A stretch of 64,000 nucleotides of DNA, taken from the NCBI RefSeq assembly GCF_009914755.1, contig NC_060927.1, one strand, 5' to 3'. This DNA comes from the human T2T-CHM13v2.0 reference genome, Homo sapiens. Positions 27,363 through 46,784 of the stretch are shown here, in pieces (positions within the stretch are counted from its first letter, which is position 1; each line of letters opens with the position of its first letter). The notes under the pieces were generated by a model, which was given only the letters and a program-made list of their open reading frames with translations, ran no database searches and had not been told where the DNA came from. Made by a program: the position numbers and the translations under genes.

Positions 27363-28819
27363 TTAATCCTGTTGCTGAATCATCTGATTGGGTGCTTCTG
27401 GCTTAGAGGGCCTTTGTCTTTTGGGGCGGTGCACCTTCTAGTGATTACCTTGGCACACTGGACGTGGGCGAGCGGGCAGTTTGTTTCTGGTTGGACAACC
27501 TTTCTTAAAGTCTCCTTGCAAACTGCACTGATAATAAGTCTTACTAGCCAATTGGCCTGCCCCTCTCTTGGTTCCCTCTGAGCCACCAAGGTCTGCCTGT
27601 CTGAGGGCCATGACTAAGGCTGCAGCCTTTCTCTTATCTCGCTTTTCCTTTTTGGCCTATTCTTCTTGGTCCTTATAGAACACCGAGGTTGCCAGGTTTA
27701 ATAATGTCTCCAAATTTTGTTCTGGGCTTAAAGCAGACTTTTCTCCTAATGTCAGCTGCTGATTGGGTGATAAATTTATTCTTTAAAATAAGCTGGCCTT
27801 TTACAGAATCTGGAGTTAGGGAGGTGTACTTTCTTAGGGCCTCCTTTAGCCATCCTAGAAAAGTGGAGGGGTTTTCTTTTTTCCTTGCATAATTGTGGAT
27901 AGCTTTGAGTAGTTCATAGGGTTTTTCTTAGTCTTTCTCAACCTTTCTAAAATGCAAGTTAGCAAATGCCTGAGGCTCTAATCTCTATGATCTGAGTCAG
28001 TATCCTAATGAGCGTCTATAGTGGGGACTGCCTGTTGCCCTGTGGGGAGTTTTTCCGTTTCTTCTAGGGCCATTAGATTGTTTACCTGGCTAAGGTGCTA
28101 CAGATCTTTAAATTGTTGGGCTGCTGCTAAAGCTGCGTTTTTTTTTTTTTTTTAGTAGGACTTAAGGTCTGATCACGAAGTAACATGATATCGCTCTATG
28201 TTAGATTAAAGGACTGCCTTAATCCTTGCAGGACAGCTATATAGTTATCAGGATCATCTGAGAATTTCTTTAAATCTGCCTTTATTTGTTTTAAATCTGA
28301 GAGTGAGAAGGGGGCATGCACTTGAATGGGCTTAAATTCTCCTCCTACTGTTCATAAGGAACATACTTTGGGTGCCTGGCTTGTGGAGTTTGTGTTTTCT
28401 TTCCGGTGTGCCTTTAACACTTTGGTGGGGCCGCATGGAGAAGAGTCAGTGGGGGAGGAGAGTGGGGCTGAGGGAAGAGGCCGTGAGTATGGAGGCAACT
28501 GTGGGCCTCTGTCATTTGGGCAAAACTTGCAGGCTTGGCACAGGGCAGTATTGTTACGAAGGGTAAAGAAAGCTTGTACATAAGGGACTTTACTCTATTT
28601 ACCTTTCTGTTTACAGAAAAGATCTAGTTGTAGAAGGGTGTTATAATTAATACTTCCTTTAGAGGGCAAGTTTCTCTATTTTGTAAGGAATACTGTGGCC
28701 AGGCAGTGATACGGAAGAAAATCAGCCACTTTTTTTTTGAAGGTTTCAGGGTCAAATTTGTCCCAGTTATTCAGGATACATCTTAAAGGAGTGTCTGGTT
28801 TTGAAGGTGTGGTGCCTAT
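27363..28819 (-). pseudogene. gag: gag remnant
   Basis: TPLRCILNNWDKFDP, GSINYNTLLQLD, VPYVQAFF, zinc-knuckle CYQCSLQGDFKKGCP, ends QQQD-stop. Confidence 0.9.
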
Positions 28820-30160
28820 CTGGAATTTTAAACACAGGGATGCCCACACCCCTGGTTGGTCCTGGGACTTGTTTTCCTCTAGGGCGTAGGGTCAGGTCTA
28901 ATTGTGCTCAAAGCTCATGGCCGCTTTTCCTGAGCTCTCCATCTACCGGATTTAACCATGCTTACCAGTGGGATGAAAACTTCCCTTGCCCCTGCCATGT
29001 GCCTATTGACCACTAAACGGGGCACAAGGACTGTTGGATTTATTGTAGTCCTATTACTAATGCATCCTACCTGTTCCAGGGTGGCAAGGCCTGGGTTGGG
29101 GGCACCACTGATGCTTGAATACTAAGGCCTAATTTACGTGGGCCTGGCCATAAAACTGTCCTTCACGGAGAAATCTCTGAATTAGCGACAGGAGGCATAG
29201 TAAACTTAAAGGGGGTGGTGGGTGTCCTCTAGGCCAGGGCTGAGAGAACAGCTGCTGTACTCTAGCCTTTTGTCCTCACTTGCCATTAAAGGAGTAAGCC
29301 CCTCTCTCAAGGCAGTACTAGTATCCCGTGTCCTAACTGACTATATTTTCTTCCTTCCAATACTAATTACTGAATGATTGAAACAACAATTTAATGGCTC
29401 TAAGAGCTGTACTTATGCACCACAGATTGTACTTGAGAGGCCCCAAGGAAGGGGAAAGTCTATCTGGGGAGCAACGGAGGAAATGCCTTAAGGATTCTAC
29501 TATCCACTAGAAAATTACAGACCTGTCTTTGAATTGTCCTGATGTAGGGGACCATAAACTATGGTGGGTAACTGGCCCTTCAAAATAGCCATCAAATGGC
29601 AACACTTGCCTAAACCTTGGAGGGCATTGTAAACAGGGATCTTCTGGGTGTCACCTCAAGAATTTAAGACTTCTAAACAGGGAATATTGATCCCGCCTAA
29701 AGGGAAGAATCTTATCAGATGAGAAAAGAACTCTAGCTGGCGGACATTAGGACCTAGGAGGCAGAGGTCAGAAGATGTGGCAGTCTTACGCTCAGCAACC
29801 CCTGCAGGGGGAGCCTCTGGTGGGGCCATGGTCTCAAACAGGATCTCTGGGAGACTAAGACATCCGGTGAGCACTGCGGGGTGTACTTCAGGACCACCAT
29901 GGAAAGTGAAAGAGTTAGAACTGAGTCCAGGCTAACTAATGCTCCTAACCCTGAAGGGTAGGGGGTTGTTAGAGAGCCCTTTTCCAGACAGCCTGACACC
30001 TGTGTCTTTAGTCCGGCAGCCTCGTTAATCGCCTTTAAGTGGCCCTAATACAGGTGCCTGGTATTTAGCCTCTGAATTCTAAGGAAGGACAGGACAGAAT
30101 AGCAAGCCAAAGAGGTCCGATCATACTCACCGTGTGACAACCTAGATACCTTTCCTGGAT

Positions 30161-30178
30161 CTCCTGGCTGGCTTGCCA
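30161..30178 (-). promoter_or_regulatory. Primer-binding site complementary to the tRNA-Arg 3' end
   Basis: Minus strand TGGCAAGCCAGCCAGGAG, 3 nt from the 5' LTR; 17/18 match to tRNA-Arg(ACG) ...CUCCUGGCUGGCUCGCCA; a splice-donor-like CG|GTGAGT follows at ~30125-30132. Confidence 0.8.
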
Positions 30179-30181
30179 AAA

Positions 30182-30885
30182 CGTAGCACTAAAGGTTCTT
30201 GCCTTAGCCATGCCAAAGAATTGGTGTGGCGGCTGCTTGGGGCGAGTGATGGAGACACAGACTAAGAGAAAAAAAAGCTTCAGGCTTTATTGAACAGAGT
30301 GACAGCACAAAGCTTCTACAGCGTGGACGGGGTCTTTAGTGGGTAGCCATTGTTGGTTTTGGGTGATTGCCTTTTAAACTCTTTAAGGCGGAAAATACAT
30401 GCGGCAGGAAGATGTTACTAGAGCGAGAAACAAAGGCTGTAAATTATTTTGTGATATGTCTTAGATTTTGAGGAAAACTGGAATTGCAACTTAGGTTTTA
30501 TCTACTTTATGACCTTGCAGCGGCATGGCAAAGGAGACAGGATCTCACGGGACTTTACAAAGTATGTTTAAAACGAATTGGAATCGGGAGCATAGATAAG
30601 GTCCGCTGGAAAAACGGGCATTTAACATTCTTTTTAGTTTCAGGGGAGGGGGAAGGGAGAGAGGGAGAGAGGACACAGGGAAACTTACAGCAAAATTTTC
30701 GCTGTTTATAGCTTTCCTGAGAAAGAAAACACATGCACAAATCCTAGTGTTAGGAATATTTTAAGCATATATCTTTAATAATATTTATCCAGGACCGAAA
30801 GAAGTCCTGATGCAAGAAATAAGTAAGTTTCACAGCTTTCTAAGCCCCTACTCAACCCAGGAAGCCAGGCTAGCACCTCCTCTCA
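30182..30885 (-). repeat. 5' LTR (LTR30-like)
   Basis: Direct repeat of 25415-26112; TATA-like gctataaa; terminal CA altered to CG. Confidence 0.9.
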
Positions 30886-32429
30886 GAATCACATTCTGGA
30901 ACAGTACAGAGAACCTAGAAACAAATGCACACACTTACAGTGAACTCATTTCTGCCAAAGGTGCCAAGAACATAAGCTAGTGAAAGGACAGGCTCTTCAA
31001 TAAATGGTGCTGAAAAAACTGATAGCCATATACGAAAGAATGACACTAGACCCCAGTCTCTCACTATCTACAAAAAATCAAATCAAAATGGATTAAAGAC
31101 TTAAATCTAAGACCTCAAACTATGAAACTTCTACAAGAAAGCATTGAAGAAACTCTCTAGCACATTGGTCTGGACAAGGACTTCTTGAGCAATTGCCCAA
31201 GCACAGGCAACCAAAACAAGAATAGGCAAATGGGATCACATAAAAAAATGACTGTATAGCAAAGGATACAATCAACAAAGTAAAGAGACAATGCACAGAA
31301 TGGGAGAAGGTATTTGCAAACTACCCATCTGACAAGGGATTAATAACCGAATGTATAAGGAGCTTAAACAACTCTATAGGAAAAAATCTAATTATCCAAT
31401 TAAAAAATGGGCAAAAGATTTGAATCGACATTTCTCAAAATAAGACATAAAAATGGCAAAGAGGCATATGAAAAGGTGCTCAACATTACTGGATCATCTG
31501 AGAAATGCAAATCAAACACAATGAGATATTACCTCACCCTTGTTAAAATGGCTTATATCCAAAAGACAGGCAATAACAAATGCAGGCGAGGATGTGGAGA
31601 AAATGGAATCCTGTACATTGTTGGTGGAAATATAACTAGTACAACCACTAGGGAGGACAGTTTGGAGGTTCCTCAAAACACTAAAAATTAAGCTCCCATA
31701 TGATTCAGCAATCCCACTCCTGGGTATATATCCCAAAGAAAGGAAATCAGTATATCAAAGAGATAACTGCACTGCTGTTTGCTGCAGCACTGTTTACAAT
31801 GGCCAGGGTTTGAAAGCAGCGCACGTGTCCATCAACAGTTGAATGAATCAAGAAAATGTAGTACATGTACACACAATGGAGTACTGTTTAGTCATAAAAA
31901 AGAATGAGATCCAGCCATTTGCAACAACAGGGATGGAACTGGAGATGTTAAGTGAAGTAAACCAGGCACAGAAAGACAAACCCATGCTCTCACTCACTTG
32001 TGGGATATAAAAATCACAACAATTCAACTCATGTACATATTAATAGAGTGTAAAAGAACAGTTACCAGAGGCTGGGGAAAGTAGTAGGGGGTTGGAGGGG
32101 AAGTGGGGATGGTTAAAGGGTACCAAAAAAAAAAAAAGTTAGAAAGAATGAATGAGACCTGCTATTCGATAGCACAATAGGGTGAATATAATCAATAATA
32201 GCTTAATTGTACATTCTAAAATAAAGAGTGTAATTGGATTGTTTGTAACTCAAAGGGCATATGCTGGGGGGGGGGGATGGATACCGCACTCTCCATATAT
32301 GTTTATTTCACATTGCTTGTCTGTACCAAAACATCTCATATACACCGTAAATATATACATCTATGTACCCACATACATTTTAAAAAGCAATTTAATTAAA
32401 AAAATAATAATTCTCAGTCTTTTCTTTAA

Positions 32430-32825
<396 letters not shown>

Positions 32826-33271
32826 TGCATAGACTCTTTTATTGGTTCTATATTTCTTTGTTTCATTATGCTTGTGCTATTTTGTTTTTACATATTTTAT
32901 ACTATATCTAATCTGCTATTGAAGCCATTTATCCTGTTTTAATTTCAGCTACTGTATTTTTTATTTCTAGATTTTGTTTGATATTTCTAGTGTTTCCATT
33001 TCTCCCCCAATTCTCTATCTTCCTATTTAATTATTTGAACATTTAATTTTAAATACTCTCTCGGATAACTTAAATATCTTGCCCTACTCCGGGTCCTCTC
33101 CTATTATATAAGTTTTCTCTTAATTTGTATTGAAAGTTTATCTAGTTTTTAACTTATCTTTCTGTGTACTTCAATGAACAGAAGATATTGTAGACTGAAA
33201 GTTTTAGAGGTAATTTAAGGCTCTGTAGAATTTAATCTTCTCTTCCTTTCAGGAAGATATGAAATTTTGAT

Positions 33272-33413
33272 TTTCCTTTTCTTTCTTTCTTTCTCTCTTT
33301 CTCTCTTTCTTTCTTATTGGCCAGGCTGGTCTCAAACTCCTGACCTCTGATGATCCACACACCTTGGCCTCCAAAAGTACTGGGATTAGAGGCCTGAGCC
33401 ACCGCGCCTGGCC
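33272..33413 (-). mobile_element. Partial Alu (left arm only) with a (TTTC)n tail
   Basis: ggccaggctggtctcaaactcctgacc...gagccaccgcgcctggcc, preceded by a CT-rich tract. Confidence 0.85.
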
Positions 33414-34491
33414 GATTTTTCTTTTGACATATGTCAAACTTCTGCTCAGATTCTAATCCTGTAAACTGACCTTCAAACAATAACTTTTGTTGAATCTTCT
33501 CCATATTTTCTAGTTGTTCTCAGTAAGAAGTTTGGTTCAAAGCGACAATCGCTAGAAGAAGATTCCAAGAACAGCTTGTTCTGAGTATTCTTGCTATGTT
33601 TGATCAGTGACAGCCTTTATGAATCTCATCTCACCTCCCCAATCTATTTCATACATAACCTATAAGCATATGATGATGACTTTGCCAGTCAGACTTGTCC
33701 ACGTGAGACCTTAATTGGGAAATCCACATTATGAAATAAAACACCGTAATGTACTCATTTTGCTGGAGAAAGGCAACATAGCAAGCTGTTTTCTCCAGTG
33801 CTCACAGAGTAACACCAATAGTAATGGTTTCTTCAGACACCATTGTTTTGGATATTGCTCCTGGAAGCTTTGGCTTGAGTCTACTTCCAGGTTTCCAAAT
33901 GATCCTGTGAGCTGCACGAAAGCCGTTTAATTAACTCTTGACTAATTAATCAGCGATAATTTTGTTTTGCGATTTCAAATAAAAACCTATGTTGATAGAA
34001 TTGCAGCTAGTGTTAGAGTTTTATTAAGCTTTTTCTTCTTGAAATGTCTGTTTTCTGTCCTTGCTTCTCTAAACTGACCACTCCGCGTCTTAGACAAGGC
34101 TCACCAGGATTTCAGACCTGGGCCTGTGTGATGCTCGTTTAATGATCTCCCAATCTATTGGTTTATTTTCTCCAATATGTACCATGATCAGTTTTATGGC
34201 ATTTAATAGTACTTTGATCAAGTTATTCCACCTCTTAAAAACTGTTAGTGGCTCCTTGGTAAAAAAAATAATGACCACATTTACTACTTATGAGATGATT
34301 TTTTTTCTCCTGATGCTAAAATTTTCACGGTTTCAAGTACTTTCATGTTATTTGTTTGCCTGTTTTTTTTTTTTTTTTTTTTTTGGTTTTTTACTCCCCA
34401 TATATGCTTCTGGATTTAATTAACTTGTTTGCTACACCTTTCTTCAGGCACACTCTATTTTCTTCTCTCCTTGGTCTCACATTTGCCCTGA

Positions 34492-34550
34492 ATTCTATAA
34501 GCTCACTCATTTCCTCTCTTTTCTCTATAAGCTCACTGATTTCTTCCCTT
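34492..34550. repeat. Two-copy ~30 bp tandem duplication within an L2-like region
   Basis: tctataagctcactcatttcctctctt / tctataagctcactgatttcttccctt. Confidence 0.8.
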
Positions 34551-37150
34551 CTCTCCAATCACTATTCCAATATTCAGACTTTTAAAAATGGGAACCTAAT
34601 TATCAACACATCTAAAATTTATACTATTGTTTTATGTAGTCTAAGACAAGGAATATTAACATCACATCAAATGTTTAGAAATGCTAGAAAATGACAATGA
34701 ACTTTGCTTAATCCTTTCTTATTATTTTTACTATAAAATATTCTTAAATACAAGTTTATTATTCATCTATTATTTACTTATGTGCTAAAAGACATAAAAT
34801 TAATACTATGGAAGTAGGATTTATGGGAGAAAGCATTTATTTATAAGAAAATATAGATAATTATGAAAAACAAATAAATTATACGTTTTATTTCTATTTA
34901 TTTTCAAATGATTTAAAGACTTTGTCCATTTAGATTTCTAGCTGCTTTAGTAAAATGCTGTAAATTGGATAGCTATGTACAACAGAAATTTATTTCTCAT
35001 GGCTCTGCTATGAGATAGCAAGTAAGTTCTACTCTTTCCATGAGTTCCTTAATACCACTCTTTCCTTCTTGTTCTCTACCTTCTCTAAAATTTTAACATA
35101 ACACTTGTGTTAATACTACAAAATTTAGCACTTGATTATTTATTATGTTCTTCACATGTGATATCATTAGATTAATCATTTCAGGGCATAGACAACAAGC
35201 TGTATTTCCTCAGTAACCCTAAAAGAACTTGAGTTTGCTAATTTCAAAAATGGTGATAAAGCTAGTTAAGGAAATTCCTTTAAGTGAATATCAATATTCT
35301 TAAAGTGAAGTATCAAAATTTTTTTAATTACTCAGTTATCACCTTAGGAACCCCAGGAAAGTGGATATGACAAATGAGTAAACAGTGTTTAAATAGCGAA
35401 AAAGGATATATTAAAGAAAATAATTAAAGATCACCACTTGTTCTCTCCTGTGAGAGTGTTTGGATTAGTGGCAAATATTTAAACAGACAGAGACAGCATT
35501 AAGGTGGTAAGAACAATGCAAGGAAATTTAGAATACATCCGAAGGTACAAGAACTAAATGACACAGAAAGGAAAATTCCGATGAGATGAACAGGGTTGTA
35601 GAAGGCATACGAAAAACAGAATTGAGAGGAAATTTTACAAAGAGATACTGAAACAAAATAAAGGTCAAGCACCAAATGTCTTACCAATAGATACACTATG
35701 AATGGAGATGAAAAAACACTAACAACAATACAAGATCAATGTGGCCTCAAAGGCAAAGAGCTAAACAGAAATAAAGCAATGGAAATCACACATAATATTC
35801 TTATTTTATGTTACTGAAAAAGGATAGTCAAGGAACAATGAGAAAATATGCCAATGTTCCACTATTAACAAAAGACTATGACTTTGCACTTCAAATAATC
35901 ACAAATGAAAATATACAGTGAGAATAAGTGTTTCTGAGAAAATAAATTAGCTTCTTAATTTAGCAATAAAACAAAAGTTTAAAGATTCCAAGATTGAGGT
36001 TTTAGAGTAAAAATATAGAGTATATATTTTTATTTACTTGAAATAGAGATCTCAACTATTAATGGCTTTCAAAAGTATTAAAAACTTTTTTCCAATAATA
36101 ATATATTACAACATAAGCAATTATATTTATAGGAAATTTTTTTAAGTTAAGATATTCTTTTTTCCATTTATAGATTTTCTAGGTCGTCTGTAATTTCCCT
36201 TTGAGAATAATTTTACTGCTTACATAAAGGTTTTTGAGTAGATTATTATTTTACTTGCACAAATGCAAAGTGTTAACGTGTTACAGCTACTCTATCTGTA
36301 GTAGCTTCAACTTAGAAAAATGTGTACCCTCTGAATCTAAAAGTTGAAATTATTTTTTTAAAAAAAGGAACCTTTAAAAATGTCATTTTGCAGCAGTCCA
36401 CTAGATGTCACTCAAGATAAGGTTCCCCCTCTAACAGCCCCAACTCCCCTTTATCTTTAAAAAAAATAAAGAAGTAAACTCTTAATTAACTATTAGCTCA
36501 TTATTCTTATTTGACAGATATAATATATGGGTTTGTATTAATTCAAATTTTGTTATTTCCTACTGAAGCTTCAGGTGCATGTCTGTTGCATATAAAGAAA
36601 ACTTTAGGATTAATAATAAATTTGGTTTATTATACTAGAGAAAAAGTAAGATGGATGTCTTTATTAGAGTGAAGGTTCTGTGAACAAAGCAATTATCTGG
36701 AGCTTAGCCTTTAATTTCCAGTTAGGTCTGTGCAATTAATAGAAATCAGTTTAAAAAATCAGTCTTACCAATTGTTTTGTATTGATGGGCAAGTTTTATT
36801 GATGAGTGACTCATAATGTCATATTTGAGTTTGAGCTTGTTTATGGTTTTAAATAGAGATTATGCTAGCAAGATATTTTCTATCATGAAGAAATTACAGA
36901 ATTGGCATAGATTGATACCCTTTTCATCAAAAATTTATAAAATCATCTGCTTGACATTGTACAAGGTCTCCACTTTCTGGTTTCATAGCAGAACTCGCTA
37001 CTTGTTCCTCAAGAAGTTTGGGGAGCCATGCTTACAATCTGACATATTGGTATGCAACAGAGAGGACTTAAGTAATAATCAACTGTGCTTACTTTGTCTC
37101 TTTAAAATAAATTGCACATCACTTTTTAAAATTGTAGCTTGCAAAAATTT

Positions 37151-43324
<6,174 letters not shown>

Positions 43325-46300
43325 ACAACTTTTCTTAACAGTAAATGTGAAACTAGCCCTAGAGCATACTATAATTGATAAATTGTCACTATTATTCAAC
43401 AAACATCTCTTGGAAAAAAATAAATTTTTTGCTTAGGGATATATTTTATTTCTATTTTTCATAAACTTCTTATTTTATGTGCTAATACCAAGTTGTTTTT
43501 TTCAAATTGAACTACATTCTCCCAAAACTTGACCTAATGCATGGGATTATATTTGGCACTTAAGAAATGTATTAATTCTTCAATTCACTAGGGCATTAAG
43601 CAAAGTGAGTGTTTCATTGCATGATATAGTACTCTGGGGCCTGAGTTAGTACTTCATATTGCGTAGCTCAAGGAAAAGCCTAGTGCATAGTTAGTTTTAG
43701 CTGTACAGGGTTAAATTTTTACTAGGGAAATGGAAGTTGAATGAGTAGTCTGATTTACCTTTAAATTTTGGATACAAAACTACACAGATAAAGGAGCTTA
43801 GAAAGAAAAGCAGGCTGTAGCCAACAGCAACCTGGGGAAAACATTTTTATATACATGAGACAATAGCTTTATTACATTAATAAAGTTTTCTAAGGCTAGT
43901 AAAAATATAATATAGATTTATGAACAAAAGATAGGAAATAAATAACTTACATTTAGGATCAATGGTCTAAATTTTATGATATATTAAGCTGACCAAATTT
44001 TAAAGCTTTTCCCATACCCAGCCCTTTTGAATACTAAAATAAACATGCATATGGGTCCTCAAGGAACATTTTTAAAGAGGTGTCACAACCAATAAAAATT
44101 ATTAACAAATTAACCTACTGTCTGAAATAGAGTTTTGCATAATGTAACATGGAGTTCGAAGGTGATTGAGTCTTCCTTCATGAAGATAAGATGATTATGT
44201 ATGGCTGAAGTTCCTACATGGCAGTAGTTTGTGATCATCCTTCTACTGATCCCACACTGTATGAGGGTTTCTTTTTTCTTTTTTTTAATCTCAGTAAGTT
44301 ATTCTTTCTGTACTTTCTAGAAACTACTACGTAGTAATGGAAGGGAAGCGTCAATCTTAGAAAAGAAAGAAAGGAGTATGTCTTCTTTCTTCAGTATTCC
44401 TCTCTTTTCAGAGGCCACTATTCCATGATTCTGTTAGTTACTTAAGGAGATTAATTTGATGAATTCATATACAGAGAATGGCTGCGGAAAGAATGCTATT
44501 TTTCTTTGTTACCATTTTTTTTAACAAGAGTGGAATTTTGAATGTCACTAGAGAAAATATTTTGTGCAGACAGCTATTCAAAAGCTGTCTTGTAGCTTAA
44601 CATAGGCTATCCTACTTCTTTTTCCTGCAAATTTATTAAATTGTTTGTAACAAGCAAGTTTTCAAAAAAGATTTAAGATGGTTTTCACAGAATGGCTTAA
44701 AGATAAAACAATTAAAATTTAGATAAAAATATAAGAACCATATAAGAAACAAAGAAAATTATCTTAAAAACTCCAAGAGCAAAGAATAATGGCGAATAAA
44801 ATTTAGCTTTGGACATCTCACAGCTATGGTAAAATGAAGGCAAAGCAATAAAGCTTCTACCCTATGATGTGAGACATAGCTTTTCTATCTCTAGACTTGT
44901 AGAGGAATTTTTCCTCAGGGACAAGACATACCTGTAAGGCCCGCAATAATGAAGGAAAAGGAACAAATATCTCCGGCTTAGGTGCTGGATAGTTCATGTG
45001 AAATGGATAAACACAGCAGAGAAAGTTAAAATCCTTAACCCATGAATGACATCACTGTAGTCTACATATGTGAAGAACTAATTAGAATTACTTTTATTGT
45101 TCCACTTTTAGTGAAAAAGTAAAAAGGGGAGTATATTAAACCATTTGTTTGAAGTGCTTAAAAACCTTATTGTTGAAGCATACTATTATATTTTTAAATG
45201 AAATTCAAAATAGCACTTCGAGGTTTTCTACTCTTTGTTTTCTATTTTAAAATTTGCTTTCTACCACTTTAGATTAGATCAGCATTTTTAGGCTTTTCCT
45301 ATAATCTAACACATAAAGGAATATAGTATTTTTGAGGTTTGAACTAAGATGCTTTAATTAATTTGAGATGTCTTTGAAATGATTTGTCAAGGTCCAATGT
45401 TTCCTAAAAGTACATGTAGCTATCTTCCAAAATTGTTTTTTCTTTCCTCCGATTTTACAGAATTATACTTTGGTGAAGTCCAGTAATTCAAGTGTTTGGC
45501 TAACAATCATCAAGGCCACAAAAACCCAGCCTCTGCTCTTGGCAGTATCAGGAACTTCATAGAATACATCACTTTCAAATTGCAGCTGCAAATGGTCTTG
45601 TTAAAGGTAATTCAGCAACATCAGTCAAGATGTTGCCTTGACACATAATGGAGGAGATTAGAAATAATGCATTCCTTCAGTAAACCACTCCACCTGTTTC
45701 TATCAATGATGCAGTCCTCTCTCGGGCAATTTTCCAATGCTACATAGAGAACTGAATTCACGTGGACTGAAAGAGAAAAAAAAATTCTAATTGGAATCAA
45801 ATCAGTTGAACTTATTATACTGAGACTGAAAGATAGAAGAGAGAACAGGGAGAAAAGTTTTAGAAATATGTATTTCAAAGAATGGTCTAGTTACCAGCAT
45901 ACTTAGAATCCAAAAGAAAAAAGAAAAATCACAAAATTAATGAAACTAAAGGTGTGTTAAGATTCTAAGAATGTGTTAAAATTCTAGTGTTACTCATAAA
46001 TTGCAGATATATTCTAATGGATATAGAATACTACAAAGGGCTTGAAGCGTGTGAAAAGGGAGCCTCAGTCATTATAATCTCATATAGTAAGTGTAGAGTT
46101 AAGGGTTTTGAAGAAATGTATTTAGTCCTTATGCATGTCTCCAGAAAAATGCACAAGCATACAAGATATGCATAAAATAGCTTAGAGCATACATTTTGAA
46201 TTGGCTTCCAGATTTGTTTATAAAAAATAAATACAAATTTATTGAGGGTGTCTTTGTATTCATCCCACAGAGCCTCAAAGGAGTTCATCCTACAAATGTG

Positions 46301-46784
46301 TAGGCCCATCAGCTGACTCTTTTGTCTGTCCTCTATATCTTGCTAGTAATATAAAATGAGTATAATTTATAGATATTTACAAAGTCATATTTTAATAGAG
46401 TTTAGAGAAAAAATTTATAACTGCATGATGCAATCTATTTCTTGGTATGGAAAATAATATCAATGTTAAGTATTTTAAATACCTTCATATTAATTATGCC
46501 AATACACCTGCCGTTAATTTTAAATACAAGCCAAAGTCATATTTTAGCTAATAGTAGATAATCTCTTCATCCTTGATGAGGAGAATTTTTAAAACTTTTT
46601 GTAATTATTTATTAGGAAGATACCTTGACATGCTAATGAAAATATGAAAATAAGTTATAATTACCACCCTTATAAATATGTAGTGAATTTTAAAGTTCAT
46701 ATTTTAATAATGGGATGCATCCATGGTGGATTGAAATGTATTGCTAAAGAAGACTAACAACAACACTAACTATTTTATAATCAT

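Larger units (their letters stand above)
25415..30885 (-). mobile_element. Class I ERV provirus (HERV30-like, HERV9/HERV-W group), internally deleted and hypermutated
   Basis: Two ~700 bp direct-repeat LTRs, 4-bp TSD GAAT (25411-25414 and 30886-30889), PBS, PPT, and gag/pro/RT/env-TM motifs. Confidence 0.93.
20540..32408 (+). mobile_element. Near full-length L1MA-type element (5' UTR part, ORF1, ORF2, 3' UTR), split by the ERV provirus
   Basis: ORF2 peptides [33 protein letters not shown]; L1MA 3' UTR; 12-bp TSD aattctcagtct at 20528-20539 and 32409-32420. Confidence 0.92.

Noticed and set aside
26400-28820. CpG decay as the cause of the proviral mutations
   Set aside because: The changes fall in GG and GA contexts on one strand (TGG>TAG, GAA>AAA), not at CpG, and are not mirrored by a comparable C>T excess by eye.
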